Below, in pieces: positions 14,095 to 16,112 of a DNA stretch of 16,112 nucleotides; position 1 is the first letter of the stretch; the number at the start of each line of letters is the position of its first letter. The DNA is from an uncultured archaeon (GTDB lineage Archaea > Iainarchaeota > Iainarchaeia > Iainarchaeales > CSSED10-239). The notes below the pieces were generated by a model, which ran no database searches, was not told where the DNA came from, and saw only the letters and a list, made by a program, of their open reading frames with translations. Position numbers and translations under genes: made by a program. The stretch is from NCBI GenBank assembly GCA_964591795.1, contig CAZQEL010000019.1:1-16112 (forward strand), given 5' to 3'.

Positions 14095-15603
14095 ATGGCA
14101 AGATTAGATGAATACGAAGAAAGTAGAAAAAAAAACTTTCAAAAATTAATTGATAACAATATAGATCCCTATCCTTACACTTTTAATAAATCTCATGAAG
14201 CAAAGGATATTCAAGAAAAATATAAAGATTTAAAAGAAGATGAATATTCAAATGATATTGCAAGTATTGCTGGTAGAATATTAATTATTAGAAACTTAGG
14301 TAAAATTGCATTTTTAGATGTTTATGATAAAACTGGAAAAATACAAATTGTTTTAAAAGTAGCTAATTTAAACGAAAAAGATTTAATTGTTTTAAATTCT
14401 CTTGATAGAGGAGACATTGTTGGTGTTTCTGGAAAAATATTTAAAACAAAAAGAGGAGAAATTTCAATCGATGCTGATTCTCTAACATTTTTATCAAAAG
14501 CATTTATGCCTCTTCCAGAAAAATGGCACGGTATTAAAGATTCTGAACTTATTTATAGAAAAAGATATCTTGATTGGATGGTTAATAAAGAATCAAGAGA
14601 TATTTTTATTATTAGAGCAAAAATAATTTCTTTAATGAGAAAATTTTTAGATGATAAAGGTTTCTTAGAAGTTGAAACTCCACTTCTTCAACCATTATAT
14701 GGTGGAGCTAATGCAAGACCTTTTGTAACTGAAAGTTTTGTATGGAAAAGAACTTTATATATGGCAGTTTCTCCTGAACTTTATTTAAAAAGACTTCTTG
14801 TTGGTGGTTTTGAAAAAGTTTACACTATTTGTAAAAGTTTTAGAAATGAAGGTGTAGATAAATCTCATAATCCTGAATTTACAATGCTTGAATTTTATGA
14901 AGCATATAAAGATTATAATTCAGCAATGGATATTTTAGAAGAAATGCTTGAGTATGTTATTATAAATATTTTTGGAACAACAAAAATAACATATGATAAC
15001 AAAGAATTTGATTTTAAAAGACCATGGCAAAAAATGACAATGAAGGAAGCAATATTTAAATTTTCAAACATAGATATTGATAAATTATCTGATGATGACA
15101 TCAAAGAAATTCTAACTAAAAACAGAATTGAAATTGAAGATTATAAAAGAGGTCTTGCAATAGCTGAAATTTTTGAATTCTATTGTGAAGATAAATTAAT
15201 TGGACCAATACATATAATTGATCATCCAAAAGAAACAACCCCACTTTGTAAATTACATAGAAATGATAAGACTTTGATTGAAAGAAATGAGCCTTATTTA
15301 AATAGTATGGAGCTTGCTAATATTTATAGTGAACTTAACGATTCATATCTTCAAGAAGAACTTATGATTGAACAAAAAGATCAAGGTAAATCTAAAGGAG
15401 AGAATCATCCTATTGATGCTGAATTTATTGAATCATTAAAATATGGTATGCCACCAGCATATGGTATAGGAATGGGTATTGATAGACTTGTAATTCTTTT
15501 AACAAATTCACAAAATATAAGAGATGTAATATTATTCCCTTTATTAAAAGAGGAAGATAAAACTTCAAAAGATTCGAAGGAAAGTGATAAAAATGGTGCA
15601 TAA
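14095..15603 (+). CDS. lysS: Lysyl-tRNA synthetase, class II
   Basis: 502-aa ORF. The N-terminal DPYPYTF and an OB-fold anticodon-binding region (AGRILIIRNLGKIAFLDVYDKTGKIQIV) are present. Class II motif 2 is FRNEGVDKSHNPEFTMLEFY and motif 3 is GIGMGIDRLVILL. Overall collinearity with bacterial and eukaryotic LysRS-II is good. Confidence 0.9.
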   Translation: MARLDEYEESRKKNFQKLIDNNIDPYPYTFNKSHEAKDIQEKYKDLKEDEYSNDIASIAGRILIIRNLGKIAFLDVYDKTGKIQIVLKVANLNEKDLIVLNSLDRGDIVGVSGKIFKTKRGEISIDADSLTFLSKAFMPLPEKWHGIKDSELIYRKRYLDWMVNKESRDIFIIRAKIISLMRKFLDDKGFLEVETPLLQPLYGGANARPFVTESFVWKRTLYMAVSPELYLKRLLVGGFEKVYTICKSFRNEGVDKSHNPEFTMLEFYEAYKDYNSAMDILEEMLEYVIINIFGTTKITYDNKEFDFKRPWQKMTMKEAIFKFSNIDIDKLSDDDIKEILTKNRIEIEDYKRGLAIAEIFEFYCEDKLIGPIHIIDHPKETTPLCKLHRNDKTLIERNEPYLNSMELANIYSELNDSYLQEELMIEQKDQGKSKGENHPIDAEFIESLKYGMPPAYGIGMGIDRLVILLTNSQNIRDVILFPLLKEEDKTSKDSKESDKNGA

Positions 15604-15751
15604 ATGTATAAAATGTAATAAAATAATCGATTCAACAAAACTTTATTGTAGAAAATGCGAAGCACAAATTAAAAGAAATGAAGAATTTAAAAAACAAAGA
15701 GAAGATGTATGGAATAAAGCAGATTTCTTTCAAAGACAAAGACTTAAATAA
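15593..15751 (+). CDS. Small zinc-ribbon protein (52 aa), not in the supplied track
   Basis: My own translation is MVHKCIKCNKIIDSTKLYCRKCEAQIKRNEEFKKQREDVWNKADFFQRQRLK. It has a CxxC-x11-CxxC ribbon plus a basic helical tail. It overlaps the lysS 3' end by 11 nt in another frame, and an AGTGAT SD-like site lies just upstream. Confidence 0.5.
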   Translation: MVHKCIKCNKIIDSTKLYCRKCEAQIKRNEEFKKQREDVWNKADFFQRQRLK

Positions 15752-15757
15752 TTTTAT

Positions 15758-16112
15758 ATGATTAAAAAAATATTAATAATATCTCATAGAGATGCAGATG
15801 GTATTACTGCAGCTGTAAGTTATATTTGGAATTATTTAGAAATAAATAATATTTCTAAAAATATAAAGCATATATATAAATACGCAGATATTATTGATTT
15901 TGAATATGGTGAAAACTTAGATCTAATTTTTAAAAAAAAGAAAATAAATTTATCTAATTATAGACAAGTTGTTGTTCTTGATTTAAATATTGGTTTAGAT
16001 AAAACTATTAGTTTATATAAAAAATTTAAAGAAAACTTAATTTGGATAGATCATCATAAAAGACCAGATAAAGATATTGCAAAAGAACTTATTAAAAAGA
16101 CTGACGGTGGAG
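15758..16112 (+). CDS. DHH-family phosphoesterase (RecJ/NrnA-like), N-terminal part, truncated by the window end
   Basis: My own translation is MIKKILIISHRDADGITAAVSY...VVVLDLNIG...LIWIDHHKRPDK. DHH motifs I (DADG), II (LD) and III (DHH) occur in the correct order and spacing. It starts 6 nt after the zinc-ribbon ORF. Confidence 0.75.
   Translation, partial: MIKKILIISHRDADGITAAVSYIWNYLEINNISKNIKHIYKYADIIDFEYGENLDLIFKKKKINLSNYRQVVVLDLNIGLDKTISLYKKFKENLIWIDHHKRPDKDIAKELIKKTDGG

Noticed and set aside
1-16112. Search for tRNA, rRNA or other structured RNA genes, CRISPR arrays, IS or transposase genes, and integrases
   Set aside because: There are no GC-rich islands in the AT-rich intergenic spacers. 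No regularly spaced direct repeats, inverted terminal repeats or transposase/integrase-like ORFs were seen. All spacers are short and are explained by promoter or terminator signals.
1-16112. Alternative genetic code or stop-codon recoding
   Set aside because: TAA, TAG (4250) and TGA (5751) all terminate ORFs at sensible boundaries with downstream starts immediately following. No long ORF needs read-through to be complete.

Overview
Strongly AT-rich, gene-dense window that reads as archaeal. The evidence is recurring TTTAAATA-type TATA boxes upstream of operon starts, GGTGA/GGAG Shine-Dalgarno sites, oligo-T terminators, and a run of class III (type IV prepilin-like) signal peptides with a K-G|Q-A cleavage motif. 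A small-genome, DPANN-like lineage is plausible but is inference only. The centre of the window (957-7688, + strand) is a type IV pilus-like cluster. It holds an enlarged FlaJ/TadC/PilC-family membrane platform protein, six proteins with class III signal peptides, one signal-anchored Cys-rich protein and a small polytopic membrane protein. No assembly ATPase and no prepilin peptidase are visible. Next comes a convergent Lys-rich protein with an acidic tail (7685-8329, -) whose first nine residues nearly repeat the N-terminus of the platform protein. After that is a two-gene unit (8457-13828, +) encoding a small polytopic membrane protein and a 1623-aa Cys-containing secreted protein with a Sec signal peptide and a C-terminal membrane anchor. 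The flanks are housekeeping genes. On the left are a GNA1-like GNAT acetyltransferase and a single-cluster 4Fe-4S ferredoxin. On the right are class II lysyl-tRNA synthetase, a small overlapping zinc-ribbon ORF and the start of a DHH phosphoesterase. Three ORFs missing from the supplied track are proposed: 13841-14005 (-), 15593-15751 (+) and 15758-16112 (+, partial). I saw no rRNA, tRNA, CRISPR array or transposase. The best candidate for a novel system is the pilus cluster plus the giant surface protein, read as a cell-surface attachment or host-contact module. All functional calls come from by-eye motif recognition and need HMM and structure searches.
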